Assembly (NCBI GenBank): GCA_965198995.1 | Contig: CBDAQG010000002.1 | Span: 1,141,232 to 1,205,231, forward strand | Reading direction: 5' to 3' | DNA length: 64,000 nucleotides | Source: Acetobacteraceae bacterium | GTDB lineage: Bacteria > Pseudomonadota > Alphaproteobacteria > Acetobacterales > Acetobacteraceae | Shown here: one piece after another, positions 25,017 to 34,426 of the stretch | Position numbering within the stretch: the stretch's first letter is position 1 | Layout: every line of letters begins with the position of its first letter | Made by a program: the position numbers and the translations under genes | Notes under the pieces: generated by a model | What the model was told of the DNA's origin: nothing | The model's database searches: none | Seen by the model: the letters and a program-made list of their open reading frames with translations, nothing else

Positions 25017-27424
25017 CGTCGCCTTTGCCCGTCTCGACCCGCCGGCCCGCGGCGCGGCGCGAGCGGTTGCGCGGCGGCGTGCTCGCCGCGGCGGCCTGCC
25101 TGCTGGTCTCGGGCTGCCTGGTGCAGGACCCGCCCTCGGTGGTGGCACCGCTGGCCTCGCTGCCGGCCGGCGATGCCGAGCGTGCGCCGCCGCGGATCAG
25201 CGGCCCGGTCGGCTCGCCGGCGAACGCCGCGGTGGAGCGCGAGGGGCTGTATCGACCCGTCGTGACCGGCGTCGACAGCCCCGGCGTGGGCAGCCCCGGT
25301 GTCGGCAGCCCCGGCGGCGGTGTGCCTGGCGGACCCGGCGCGGCGGCGGGCGACATCAGCCTCGACTTCGCCGACACCGACATCCGCGAGGTCGTCGCCC
25401 AGGTGCTCGGCACCCTGCTACGCGCCGACTACACGATCGACCCGGCGGTGCACGGCATGGTGACGCTGCATGCCAGCCAGAAGCTGTCGCGGGCCCAGTT
25501 GCTGCCGGCGCTGCGCGCCATGCTGGCCCAGGTCAACGCCGCGCTGCTCAGCACCGGCTCGCTCTACCGGGTGGTGCCGGCGACAGCTGGCAACGGCGCC
25601 CAGGGGCTGTCGGCGGACAGCGGCTCGGTGGTGCCGTTGCGCTACGTCTCGGCGGAGGACATCGCCAAGGTGCTGACGCCGTTTGCCACCGGCGGCGGCC
25701 ACGTGATCGCCAATCCCGGCACCAACACGGTGCTGATCACCGGCGACGCCGGCTCGCGCGAGGCGCTGATCGAGCTGGTGCGCTCGTTCGACGTCGACGT
25801 GCTGGCCGGGCAGTCCTATGCGCTGTTCCCGGTGACGTCGGGGGATGCGACGGACTTTGCCTCGGCGCTGCAGACGGCGTTCCGGGGTGCGGCCGGCAGC
25901 GGGCTCGCGGGCGTGGTGCGCACCGTGCCGATGGCGCGCATCGACAGCGTGATGGTGATCGCGCCGCAGCCGCAGCTGATCGAGGATGCGCGGCGGGTGT
26001 ATCACCTGGTCGAGCAGGCGCGGCGGGCGACGGTGCGCTCGTGGCACGTGTATTATCTGCAGAACAGCCGCTCGAACGACGTCGCCTACGTGCTGCAGCA
26101 GGCGTTCACGCCGAACAACGTCACCGCCCAGCCGACGCCGCAGGCCGGGGCGAACAGCCAGGGCCAGGGGCAGGGGCAGGGCAGCACGCTCGGCGGCAAT
26201 GGCCAGAACGGTGGGCAGTCCGGCATCGGCAGCAGCTCGGGGATCGGCGGCAGCTCGTCGGGGCTCGGCAGCAGCGGCGGCGGCCTCGGCAGCAGCGGCG
26301 GTGGGTTTGGCAGCGGCGGCGGCACGTCGACCGGCGGCTTCGGCACCGGGGCGGCGCAGGCGCAGCCGGCGGCGGCGGCCAACCCGCTGCTCGGCGGCCT
26401 CGGCGGCGGCGGCGGCAATGCCGGCAACGGCAGCGAGACCGCGGTGGCGATGCGCATCATTCCCGACGTGCAGAACAACTCGCTGCTCGTCTATGCGACG
26501 CCGAACGAGAACGAGACCGTGGGCTCGATGCTGCACAAGGTCGACCTGCTGCCGTTGCAGGTGCGCATCGACGCCACCATCGCCGAGGTCGACCTCAACG
26601 ACCAGCTGCAGTATGGCGTGCAGTTCTTCTTCAAGTCGGGCGGCATCAACGGCGTTCTGAACACTGCCGCTGCGACGATCACCAACCCCGAGGCGGTGGC
26701 GCTCGACAGCGCGTTCCCGGGGTTCTTCCTCGGCGGCTCGGGGGTGGGCGGCGCGCCGATCGCGCTCAACGCGCTGCAGGCGGTGACCAAGGTCAAGGTG
26801 CTGGACAGCCCCGAGCTGATGGTGCTCGACAACCAGCCGGCCAAGCTGCAGGTGGGCAACCTGGTGCCGTATCTGACCGGCGAGGTGACCGGGCTGGCGA
26901 CGGGCACGGCGGCGACGGTCAACACCGTCAGCTACCAGGAGACCGGGGTGATCCTGAACGTGACGCCGCGGGTCAATGACGGGGGGTTGGTCGAGCTCGA
27001 CATCGACCAGCAGGTGAGCAGCGTGGTGCCGGGGGCGTCGAGCTCGGGGATCACCTCGCCGACGTTTGCGGACCGGCAGGTGCAGTCGCGGGTGATCGTC
27101 CAGGACGGGCAGACGATCGGGCTCGCCGGGCTGATCCAGGACAGCGTCTCGCACGGCAACTCGGGGATCCCGTTCCTCAAGGACATTCCGCTGCTCGGGC
27201 TGCTCGGCGGCTCGCAGACCAATGCCCGGGCGCGGACCGAGCTGCTGGTGCTGATCACGCCGCACGTGGTGCACGACCAGCGCGACGCGCGGGCGCTGAC
27301 CCAGGACATGCGCGACGTGCTGGTGCATGCCGCCGCGGTGCCGGACGACGTGGAGCGCGAGCCGGTGAGCGGCTCGTCGGACCCGACCCGGCCGGTCAGG
27401 CGCGTGCTGCACCTCGAGCAGTGA
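25013..27424 (+). CDS. gspD: type II secretion secretin GspD (predicted lipoprotein)
   Basis: It has the lipobox LLVSGC at the end of the signal peptide. N0/N1-type domains follow (ISLDFADTDIREVVAQVL..TIDP, VVPLRYVSAEDIAKVL, ALFPVTSGDATDFASAL, YYLQNSRSNDVAYVLQQAF). A Gly/Ser/Gln low-complexity insert spans about nt 26135-26435. The C-terminal secretin domain reads VLDSPELMVLDNQPAKLQVG...IPFLKDIPLLGLLGGSQ. Confidence 0.93.
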   Translation: MTSPLPVSTRRPAARRERLRGGVLAAAACLLVSGCLVQDPPSVVAPLASLPAGDAERAPPRISGPVGSPANAAVEREGLYRPVVTGVDSPGVGSPGVGSPGGGVPGGPGAAAGDISLDFADTDIREVVAQVLGTLLRADYTIDPAVHGMVTLHASQKLSRAQLLPALRAMLAQVNAALLSTGSLYRVVPATAGNGAQGLSADSGSVVPLRYVSAEDIAKVLTPFATGGGHVIANPGTNTVLITGDAGSREALIELVRSFDVDVLAGQSYALFPVTSGDATDFASALQTAFRGAAGSGLAGVVRTVPMARIDSVMVIAPQPQLIEDARRVYHLVEQARRATVRSWHVYYLQNSRSNDVAYVLQQAFTPNNVTAQPTPQAGANSQGQGQGQGSTLGGNGQNGGQSGIGSSSGIGGSSSGLGSSGGGLGSSGGGFGSGGGTSTGGFGTGAAQAQPAAAANPLLGGLGGGGGNAGNGSETAVAMRIIPDVQNNSLLVYATPNENETVGSMLHKVDLLPLQVRIDATIAEVDLNDQLQYGVQFFFKSGGINGVLNTAAATITNPEAVALDSAFPGFFLGGSGVGGAPIALNALQAVTKVKVLDSPELMVLDNQPAKLQVGNLVPYLTGEVTGLATGTAATVNTVSYQETGVILNVTPRVNDGGLVELDIDQQVSSVVPGASSSGITSPTFADRQVQSRVIVQDGQTIGLAGLIQDSVSHGNSGIPFLKDIPLLGLLGGSQTNARARTELLVLITPHVVHDQRDARALTQDMRDVLVHAAAVPDDVEREPVSGSSDPTRPVRRVLHLEQ

Positions 27425-28272
27425 CGCCGTGGCGCGGCTTTGGCTCGCGCGGGGAGCTCGGCTTTGGCTCGCGCGGGGAGCGCGGGTTTGCGCTCCTCAT
27501 CGTGCTGTGGACGCTGGTGCTGATCTCGCTGCTGCTGACCCAGGTGACGGCGGCCGGCAGCGGCGAGGCGCGGTTGGCGACCAACCTGCGGCAGGCGGCG
27601 GCGCTGCAGGAGATCGCCGATGGCGGGGTGCATGACGCGCTGTTCCGGCTGATCGACAGCACGGCGGCGACGCATTGGACGGCGGATGGCAGCACGCGGC
27701 GGCTGCTCGTGCAGGGCGTGCCGGTCGAGCTCCGGCTTGCCGACCTTGGCGGGCGGATCAACCCGAACATTGCGCCCGCCGACGTGCTGGCGGCGCTGAT
27801 GCGCGCCGTCGGCGCCGAGCAGCGCGACGCCGAGGCGATCTCGCTGGCGATGCTGGACTGGCGCAGCCCCGGCCAGCGCTCCCGGCTCTCGGCCGGCAAC
27901 AAGTCGGCGCCGTATGTCGCCGCCGGGCGCAGCTTCGGGCCGCCGGGGCGCAAGTTTCAGAGCCTCGACGACCTCGGCCTGGTGCTCGGCATGACGCCGC
28001 CGCTGCTGGCGCTGCTGCGGCCGCACATGACGCTGTATACGACCTCGGACCCGCAGATCGCGCTCGCCGACCAGGTGGTGCGGCGCGCCTTCACCCTGGT
28101 GGTGGACGCCGCCGACGCCAGCAGCAACGAGCTGCCGGACTCGCAGGTGGTGGCGATCGACGCAACGGCGGCGTCCGGCGGGGCGACGGCGCGGCGGCAC
28201 GCGGTGGCGGTGGTGAGCGCCAGCGGCACCGGGCGGCCCTGGCACATCGTCGCCTGGGACGATGCGAGCTAG
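27421..28272 (+). CDS. gspK: type II secretion minor pseudopilin GspK
   Basis: The GTG overlaps the gspD TGA. RGFALLIVLWTLVLISLL is the GspK-type N-terminus. INPNIAPADVL..LDWRSPG..FQSLDDLGLVLGMTP is a GspK helix-hairpin-helix-like region. Confidence 0.85.
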   Translation: MTPWRGFGSRGELGFGSRGERGFALLIVLWTLVLISLLLTQVTAAGSGEARLATNLRQAAALQEIADGGVHDALFRLIDSTAATHWTADGSTRRLLVQGVPVELRLADLGGRINPNIAPADVLAALMRAVGAEQRDAEAISLAMLDWRSPGQRSRLSAGNKSAPYVAAGRSFGPPGRKFQSLDDLGLVLGMTPPLLALLRPHMTLYTTSDPQIALADQVVRRAFTLVVDAADASSNELPDSQVVAIDATAASGGATARRHAVAVVSASGTGRPWHIVAWDDAS

Positions 28273-28280
28273 CGCTTTGA

Positions 28281-28335
28281 GGAAGGCGAGGGCGCTGCCC
28301 TCGACCCGCTGGGGCCTGAGGCCCCAGACCCCCAT
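28281..28335. repeat. short repeat cluster (A-like, D)
   Basis: The sequence is gcgagggcgctgccctcgacccgctggggcctgaggccccagacccc. Confidence 0.7.
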
Positions 28336-28415
28336 CGATAAGGGATTGGTGATCCGGCGGGCTTTTCTTGGCTTGCGCGGCATATGAGATGGCGGCGGCG
28401 CTCGTTGTTCGTGGC

Positions 28416-29249
28416 TCAGGCCGCGCTCAGCGCTGCCGGGCGCCAGGCGCCGGCGGGCGGGCAGGCCTGCGCGACCGCCTCGCGCAGCATCGCCGCCAGC
28501 GGTTCGACCTGGGTCTGGCTCAGCGCCTCGGCGCCGAGGCCGATGGCGAGCGGCTGGTCGGCGTCGGTGCTGGCCAGCAGCACCGCGACCAGCCGGTCGG
28601 CATCGGCGTGGCGGGCCTGCGCGTAGCCCTGCCGCCTGATCTGCTCGACGTCGGCCAGCACGTCGCGCAGGTTGACGCGCATCGCCGGGTCGGTCTCTTC
28701 GGCGTTGAGGCGATGCACGACGGCGCGCAGCTTGCGGTCCTCGAAGGTGGAGAGGAACAGCCGGCCGGTGGTCGAGCGCAGCAGCTTCTGCTGGGCGCCC
28801 TGCGCGGCTGATTTTTGCTGGGCGCCGTGCGGGGCGGGGCAGTGACGCGCGGCGTCGATGACGTGGATGTAGCGGACGGCGAGGCCGACCGTGGTGGCCA
28901 GGACGACGGTCTTGCCGGCGCGCTCGCTGAGCGCGTCCATCATCGACAGCAGGTGGCCGCGGCGGAACAATTCGGGCTCGACCCAGGCGCCCAGGATGGC
29001 GACCCGGGCGGTCGGCCGGTAGGCGCGCCGCTGCGCGTCATAGGACAGGTAGCCCAGGCTGGTCAGGCAGCGCAGCAGCTCGGAGGTGCTGGATTGCGGG
29101 TAGTTGAGCGCCCGCGACACGTCCATCACCGAGGCATGCTGTCGATTGGCGTCGAAATATTCGAACACTTCGAGCACCCGGCCGGCGGATTTGACCATCT
29201 TCGTTTCGGTTGCGCTCATCGGATCATTCCCCCCTGATCTCCCGGGCAA
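28416..29249 (-). CDS. IclR family transcriptional regulator
   Basis: The wHTH reads SAGRVLEVFEYFDANRQHASVMDVSRALNYPQSSTSELLRCLTSLGYLS, followed by a C-terminal IclR effector domain. The start is probably the internal Met (MSATE, about 29219). Confidence 0.88.
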   Translation of the reverse strand: MPGRSGGNDPMSATETKMVKSAGRVLEVFEYFDANRQHASVMDVSRALNYPQSSTSELLRCLTSLGYLSYDAQRRAYRPTARVAILGAWVEPELFRRGHLLSMMDALSERAGKTVVLATTVGLAVRYIHVIDAARHCPAPHGAQQKSAAQGAQQKLLRSTTGRLFLSTFEDRKLRAVVHRLNAEETDPAMRVNLRDVLADVEQIRRQGYAQARHADADRLVAVLLASTDADQPLAIGLGAEALSQTQVEPLAAMLREAVAQACPPAGAWRPAALSAA

Positions 29250-29444
29250 ACCATCTTAAGGCGGTCTTGCCGGTCCGGTCGGCGCGTCTCGCGCGAGCAC
29301 GCGACAGCGCCGTGGAGGTTTGGCAATCGCATGGGCGATGCGCGTTGACAAGGCTTTGCGTTGGGGCGGCTCGGGCCGGTTTTGTCGTTAAGACTTCCTT
29401 CATTCGGATGCTGCAGAGTGGTTGCCGAGCGGCGGGAGCGAGTG

Positions 29445-29789
29445 ATGAACGAGGTCGGATGGTCTGACGCCGTGCGGGTGTCGGGGGTCAGCTACGAGGA
29501 GCTGCGGCAGGCGATCCGGACGGAGCAGGGCATGCTCTTGGTGCTGCAGGCGGTGACCGCGGGCGAGCCGGCGACCAAGCGGGTGCTCGGCCTGCTGGTG
29601 GCGCGCTTCGGCGAGCGGCTGACCGGCGACAGCGCGAGCCAGTTGAACGCCGGCCTTGCGGTGGCCGAGCTGCTGCGCGAGTGCGGCTTCATGGAGGACC
29701 GTCGGGCTGGGCCGCCGGTGGGCGGCGGCGACCTGCGCTGGCGGCTGCCGGCGCCGGTGACGGCGCCGGTGCTGCGGCGGGTCTACTGA
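29445..29789 (+). CDS. hypothetical protein (114 aa)
   Basis: GGGAG lies 8 nt upstream of the ATG at 29445. Codon third positions are GC-rich. I recognise no family. Confidence 0.45.
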   Translation: MNEVGWSDAVRVSGVSYEELRQAIRTEQGMLLVLQAVTAGEPATKRVLGLLVARFGERLTGDSASQLNAGLAVAELLRECGFMEDRRAGPPVGGGDLRWRLPAPVTAPVLRRVY

Positions 29790-29807
29790 GGGGGCCAAGC
29801 GAGAAGG

Positions 29808-30014
29808 GAAAGGCCAGGGCTCCACCCTGGACCCGCTGGGGGCGGCGCCCCCAGACCCGCATCCGTTAGGAGTGGAGCCGGGCTCTTTCTTGCTTGGCGC
29901 AGCTATTCGATTTCGTGCTCAAAGCCACTGATCTCGGTTTGAAGCCATGGATCGGGGATGGATTTTAGAGGCTCCGCCTTTAATCGGGTCCAGGGGTGAA
30001 GCCGCTGGCCTTCC
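29808..30014 (-). repeat. composite repeat element (copy 3, reverse orientation) preceded by an A-left/D unit
   Basis: It runs gggggcggcgcccccagacccgcatccgtt...cttgcttggcgcagctattcga...ccatggatcggggatggattttagaggctccgcctttaatcgggtccaggggtgaagccgctggcc. Confidence 0.85.
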
Positions 30015-30064
30015 TTCCCGCGCCAACGCTGCGATGATACTTCGGCCGTAGCGACCGCCGAGGA

Positions 30065-31600
30065 TTGCCGATGATCGACCATGAGGTTCGGGTGCATCCC
30101 GAGAGCGACCGCTTGACGCGCGCCGACCAGCTTGCCTGGAAGATCGCCGCCGTCGCGTCCGACGCCGTTGCGGTCGAGCCGGTGGTGGCCGAGATGATTG
30201 TCAACCGGTTGATCGACAACGCGGCCGTCGCCATCGCCTCGATCAACCGTCACCCGGTGATCTCCGCCCGGGCCGAGGCGCTGGCGCATCCGCGGGCCGG
30301 CGGGGCGACCGTGTTCGGCTGCGGCCCCGAGGTGCGGGTGCATGCGGAGTGGGCGGCGTGGGCGAACGGCACCGCGGTGCGCGAGCTCGACTATCACGAC
30401 ACGTTTCTGGCCGCCGAGTACAGCCATCCGGGCGACAACATTCCGCCGATCCTGGCGGTGGCGCAGCAGACCGGGCGCGGCGGCGCCGAGCTGGTTCGCG
30501 GCATTGCCACCGGCTACGAGATCCAGGTCGATTTGGTGCGATCGATCTGCCTGCACGAGCACAAGATCGACCACGTCGCCCATCTCGGCCCGTCGGCCGC
30601 CGCCGGCATCGGCACCCTGCTGGGGCTGGAGACGGAGGTGATCTACCAGGCGGTGCAGCAGGCGCTGCACGTCACCACCGCGACGCGGCAGAGCCGCAAG
30701 GGCGAGATCTCGTCGTGGAAGGCGTTCGCGCCGTCGCATGCCGGCAAGCTCGCGATCGAGGCGGTGGACCGGGCGATGCTCGGCGAGGGCGCGCCGAGCC
30801 CGATCTACGAGGGCGAGGACGGCGTCATCGCCTGGATGCTCGATGGCAAGTCGGCGCGCTACACCGTGCCGCTGCCGGCGCCGGGCGAGGCCAAGCGGGC
30901 CATCCTGTCGACGTTCACCAAGGAGCACTCGGCCGAGTATCAGAGCCAGGCGCTGATCGACCTGGCGTTTCGCATGGGGCGGCAGGTCAGCGACTGGGAC
31001 GACGTCGCGGACATCGTGATCGAGACCAGCCATCACACCCATTACGTCATCGGCACGGGGGCGAACGATCCGCAGAAGATGGATCCGCACGCCTCGCGCG
31101 AGACGCTCGACCACTCGATCATGTACATCGTCGCCGTGGCGCTGCAGGACGGCGCCTGGCACCACGTGCGCTCCTATGCGCCGGAGCGCGCGCGCCGGCC
31201 GGACACGGTGGCGCTGTGGCACAAGATCCGCACCGTCGAGGACCCGCGCTGGACCGCGCGCTACCATGCGACGGACCCGGCGCAGAAGGCATTCGGCGGC
31301 CGGGTGGTCATGACGCTGCGGGACGGGCGGGCGATCGTCGACGAGCTCGCGGTCGCCAACGCGCATACGCTGGGGGCGACGCCGTGGCAGCGCGCCGACT
31401 ACCTGCGCAAGTTCAGGACGCTGACCGCCGGGCTGCTCGACGAGGCGGAGGCGGAGCGCTTTCTCGATGCGGCGCAGCGGCTGCCGGCGTTGCGGCCGGG
31501 GGAGCTCGGCGCGCTCACCATCGCCATGCCGGACGGCCGGTTGGCGGCCGCCGAGCGGGCCGGCATCTTCGGCTACCAGGTCGCGGGAGCAGGCGCGTGA
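30065..31600 (+). CDS. prpD: MmgE/PrpD family 2-methylcitrate dehydratase
   Basis: The roughly 510-aa ORF has [43 protein letters not shown] and [12 protein letters not shown]. It is followed by a methylcitrate-synthase-like gene. Confidence 0.88.
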   Translation: MPMIDHEVRVHPESDRLTRADQLAWKIAAVASDAVAVEPVVAEMIVNRLIDNAAVAIASINRHPVISARAEALAHPRAGGATVFGCGPEVRVHAEWAAWANGTAVRELDYHDTFLAAEYSHPGDNIPPILAVAQQTGRGGAELVRGIATGYEIQVDLVRSICLHEHKIDHVAHLGPSAAAGIGTLLGLETEVIYQAVQQALHVTTATRQSRKGEISSWKAFAPSHAGKLAIEAVDRAMLGEGAPSPIYEGEDGVIAWMLDGKSARYTVPLPAPGEAKRAILSTFTKEHSAEYQSQALIDLAFRMGRQVSDWDDVADIVIETSHHTHYVIGTGANDPQKMDPHASRETLDHSIMYIVAVALQDGAWHHVRSYAPERARRPDTVALWHKIRTVEDPRWTARYHATDPAQKAFGGRVVMTLRDGRAIVDELAVANAHTLGATPWQRADYLRKFRTLTAGLLDEAEAERFLDAAQRLPALRPGELGALTIAMPDGRLAAAERAGIFGYQVAGAGA

Positions 31601-32751
31601 GCGACGTGGCGCCTGCCGGGCCGCGGCCGAAGAAGTCGGTGGCGCTGTCGGGCGTCGTGGCCGGCAACACCGCGCTGTGCAGCGTCGGCCGCTCCGGCAA
31701 CGACCTGCACTATCGCGGCTATGACATTCTCGACGTCGCCGAGACCAGCGAGTTCGAGGAGATCGCGCACCTGCTCGTGCATGGCCATCTGCCGACCATG
31801 GCCGAGCTGGCTGCCTATAAGCGCCGGCTGACAGGGTTGCGCGGCGTGCCGGCGGCAGTGCGCACGGTGCTGGAAAGCCTGCCGGCCTCGGCGCACCCGA
31901 TGGACGTGCTGCGCACCGCCGTCTCCGCACTCGGCTGCGCGCTGCCGGAGGCGCATGACCATAGCCCGGCCGGGGCGCGGGCGATCGCCGACCGGCTGAT
32001 GGCCAGCCTCGGCTCGATGCTGCTCGTCTGGCATCATTACGCCGTCAATGGCCGGCGCATCGACGTCGAGACCGACGACGACAGCATCGGCGGGCACTTC
32101 CTGCACCTGCTGCACGGTGAGAGCCCGCGCGAGACCTGGGTGCGGGCGATGCACACCTCGCTCATTCTCTACGCCGAGCACGAGTTCAACGCCTCGACGT
32201 TCGCCGCCCGCGTCGTCGCCGGCACCGGGTCCGACCTGTATTCGGCGATCACCGCCGGCATCGGCGCGCTGCGCGGGCCCAAGCATGGTGGGGCCAACGA
32301 GGTCGCGCTCGAGATCCAGCAGCGCTACGCCACCGCCGAGCAGGCCGAGGCTGACATCCGCCGCCGCGTCGAGGCCAAGGAAGTCGTGATCGGCTTCGGC
32401 CACCCGGTCTACACGGTGAGCGACCCGCGCAACGTGGTGATCAAGGGAGTGGCCGAGCGGCTGTCGCGGGAGAACGGCGCGCTGACGACGTTCGACGTCG
32501 CGGCACGGATCGAGAGCGTGATGATGGACGCAAAGACGATGTTCCCGAACCTCGATTGGTTCTCGGCCGTCTCCTACAGCCAGATGGGCGTGCCGATCAC
32601 CATGTTCACGCCGCTGTTCGTCATCGCCCGCACGTCGGGATGGAGCGCGCACGTGATGGAGCAGCGCGCAGACAACAAAATCATTCGTCCGTCGGCCAAT
32701 TATACCGGGCCAGACGATCTGACGTTCGTGCCGCTGAGCGAGAGGACGTAA
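31597..32751 (+). CDS. prpC: citrate synthase family protein, 2-methylcitrate synthase-like
   Basis: The GTG at 31597 overlaps the prpD TGA. It reads [31 protein letters not shown] and then [39 protein letters not shown], the citrate synthase catalytic His/His/Asp context. The track ORF from 30349 overshoots. Confidence 0.9.
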   Translation: MSDVAPAGPRPKKSVALSGVVAGNTALCSVGRSGNDLHYRGYDILDVAETSEFEEIAHLLVHGHLPTMAELAAYKRRLTGLRGVPAAVRTVLESLPASAHPMDVLRTAVSALGCALPEAHDHSPAGARAIADRLMASLGSMLLVWHHYAVNGRRIDVETDDDSIGGHFLHLLHGESPRETWVRAMHTSLILYAEHEFNASTFAARVVAGTGSDLYSAITAGIGALRGPKHGGANEVALEIQQRYATAEQAEADIRRRVEAKEVVIGFGHPVYTVSDPRNVVIKGVAERLSRENGALTTFDVAARIESVMMDAKTMFPNLDWFSAVSYSQMGVPITMFTPLFVIARTSGWSAHVMEQRADNKIIRPSANYTGPDDLTFVPLSERT

Positions 32752-32930
32752 GGCCAGGGGCGTTGCCCCTGGACCCCATTAAAGGCGGCGCCTTTAAAAT
32801 CCGTTTGTTGTTCTTGCCGACAGGCGAGGGCAGTGGCGTGGCAGGGATATTTTTGCCGGTTCTTTCTGAAGGATGGATTTTAAAGGCTCCGCCTTTAATG
32901 GGGTCAAGGGGCAAAGCCCCTTGCCTTCCT
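32750..32930. repeat. inverted pair of module-A units (MITE-like, about 180 bp)
   Basis: The left arm is aaggccaggggcgttgcccctggaccccattaaaggcggcgcctttaaaatccgttt. The right arm is ggatggattttaaaggctccgcctttaatggggtcaaggggcaaagccccttgcc, its reverse complement. They are separated by about 60 nt. Confidence 0.85.
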
Positions 32931-32933
32931 TCC

Positions 32934-34346
32934 TCAGAAGTTCGGATTAGCCAGCACGTAGAACAGACCGCCGGCCAGGAAGAAGGTGACGGGCAGGGTG
33001 AACAGCCAGGCGAGGCCGATGCGGACCAGCATGCTGCGTTGCACGCCTTGGCCGCCGGCGACCATGGTGCCGGCGATGCCTGAGGTGATCACGTGGGTGG
33101 TGCTGACCGGGGCGCCGGTGAAGCCGGCGATGCCGATCAGCGCGGCGCCGACCAGCTCGGCGCTGGCGCCCTGGCCGGGCGTCATGTGCTGCTTGCCGAG
33201 GCGTTCGCCCAGGGTGCGCACGACCCGCTTGTAGCCGACCATGGTGCCGGCGCCGAGGCAGAGTGCGCTCAGCACCCGCACCCAGATCGGGGCGTATTGC
33301 ACCGGCGGCCCCATTTCGGTGCGCAGCGACTTGGCTTTTGCCTTGTCGGCGGGCGAGGCGTCCTTGGCCTCGGTGACGTGTTTGAGCTGGCTCAGCACGT
33401 CGTAGACGTCGCCGCGCAGCTTGGCGCGGGCTGGCGCGGTTTGGCCGATGGCCACGGGCGGCGGGTTGGCGCCGAGGCTCTGCAGCTGGTCGCCGGCGTC
33501 GCGCAGGTCGGTGGCGGCGGCCAGTCCTTGCCGCTTCTGGTCGTCGCCATACGCCGCGATGAGCGGCATGGCGGCGACGGCATTCTGGCTGAGGGTCGCC
33601 AGCCGGTGCGACGCCTCGGGGTTCAGCGCGTAGGTGGCCGGCACCAGGCCGATGATGGTCAGCATGATGAGGCCGATGCTCTTCTGGCCGTCATTGGTGC
33701 CGTGCGAGAAGCTGACACCGGTGCAGGTGAGGATCAGCAGGCCGCGCAGCCACCAGACCGGCGGCTTGCCCTCTTCGGGTGGTTCGAAGAGGTGGCCGTG
33801 GCGGACGGTGACCTTGAGCAGGAAGTAGAGGCCGCCGGCGAGGATGAAGCCGAGGAGCGGCGACAGCGCCAGCGCCTCGAGCACCTTGATGATCTGCTGC
33901 CAATCAACGCCCTGGCCGAGGCCGCGGGCGCGGAGCAGGGCGTCGCTGGCGGCGACGCCGATGAGGGCGCCGATGATGCAGTGCGAGGAGCTGTTCGGGA
34001 TGCCGAAGAACCAGGTGAGGACGTTCCAGAACAGCGCGGCGACGAACAGCGAGACCAGCATCGGCAAGGCGGGGGCGCCGTTGGGCGGCGTCAGCACGTC
34101 GGGCGGCAGGATCTCGACCAGGGCGTAGGCGACGGCGATGCCGCCGACGAGCACGCCGACGAAGTTCATGATGCCGGACCAGATCACCGCCGGGATCGGC
34201 TTCAGGGTATTGGTGTAGATGACGGTGGCGACGGCGTTGGAGGTGTCGTGGAAGCCGTTGGTGGCCTCGAAGGCGAGCACCAGGACGAAGCAGCCGACCA
34301 GCATGGCGATGACGGCGGCAGAGGACGGCATGACGTGGACGAGCAT
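32934..34346 (-). CDS. pit: inorganic phosphate transporter, PiT (PHO4) family
   Basis: It has FEATNGFHDTSNAVATVIYT and a second half with SFSHGTNDGQKSIGLI, the duplicated PiT signature GANDVAN-like motifs. It is 470 aa and multi-TM. Confidence 0.92.
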   Translation of the reverse strand: MLVHVMPSSAAVIAMLVGCFVLVLAFEATNGFHDTSNAVATVIYTNTLKPIPAVIWSGIMNFVGVLVGGIAVAYALVEILPPDVLTPPNGAPALPMLVSLFVAALFWNVLTWFFGIPNSSSHCIIGALIGVAASDALLRARGLGQGVDWQQIIKVLEALALSPLLGFILAGGLYFLLKVTVRHGHLFEPPEEGKPPVWWLRGLLILTCTGVSFSHGTNDGQKSIGLIMLTIIGLVPATYALNPEASHRLATLSQNAVAAMPLIAAYGDDQKRQGLAAATDLRDAGDQLQSLGANPPPVAIGQTAPARAKLRGDVYDVLSQLKHVTEAKDASPADKAKAKSLRTEMGPPVQYAPIWVRVLSALCLGAGTMVGYKRVVRTLGERLGKQHMTPGQGASAELVGAALIGIAGFTGAPVSTTHVITSGIAGTMVAGGQGVQRSMLVRIGLAWLFTLPVTFFLAGGLFYVLANPNF

Positions 34347-34426
34347 CGGGCCTCGCGGGATTGGCCCTCGCTTTTACCCGCGGCGGCCGGGACGACGTTG
34401 TTTCAGTTCAGAGACATCCTGCCGGA

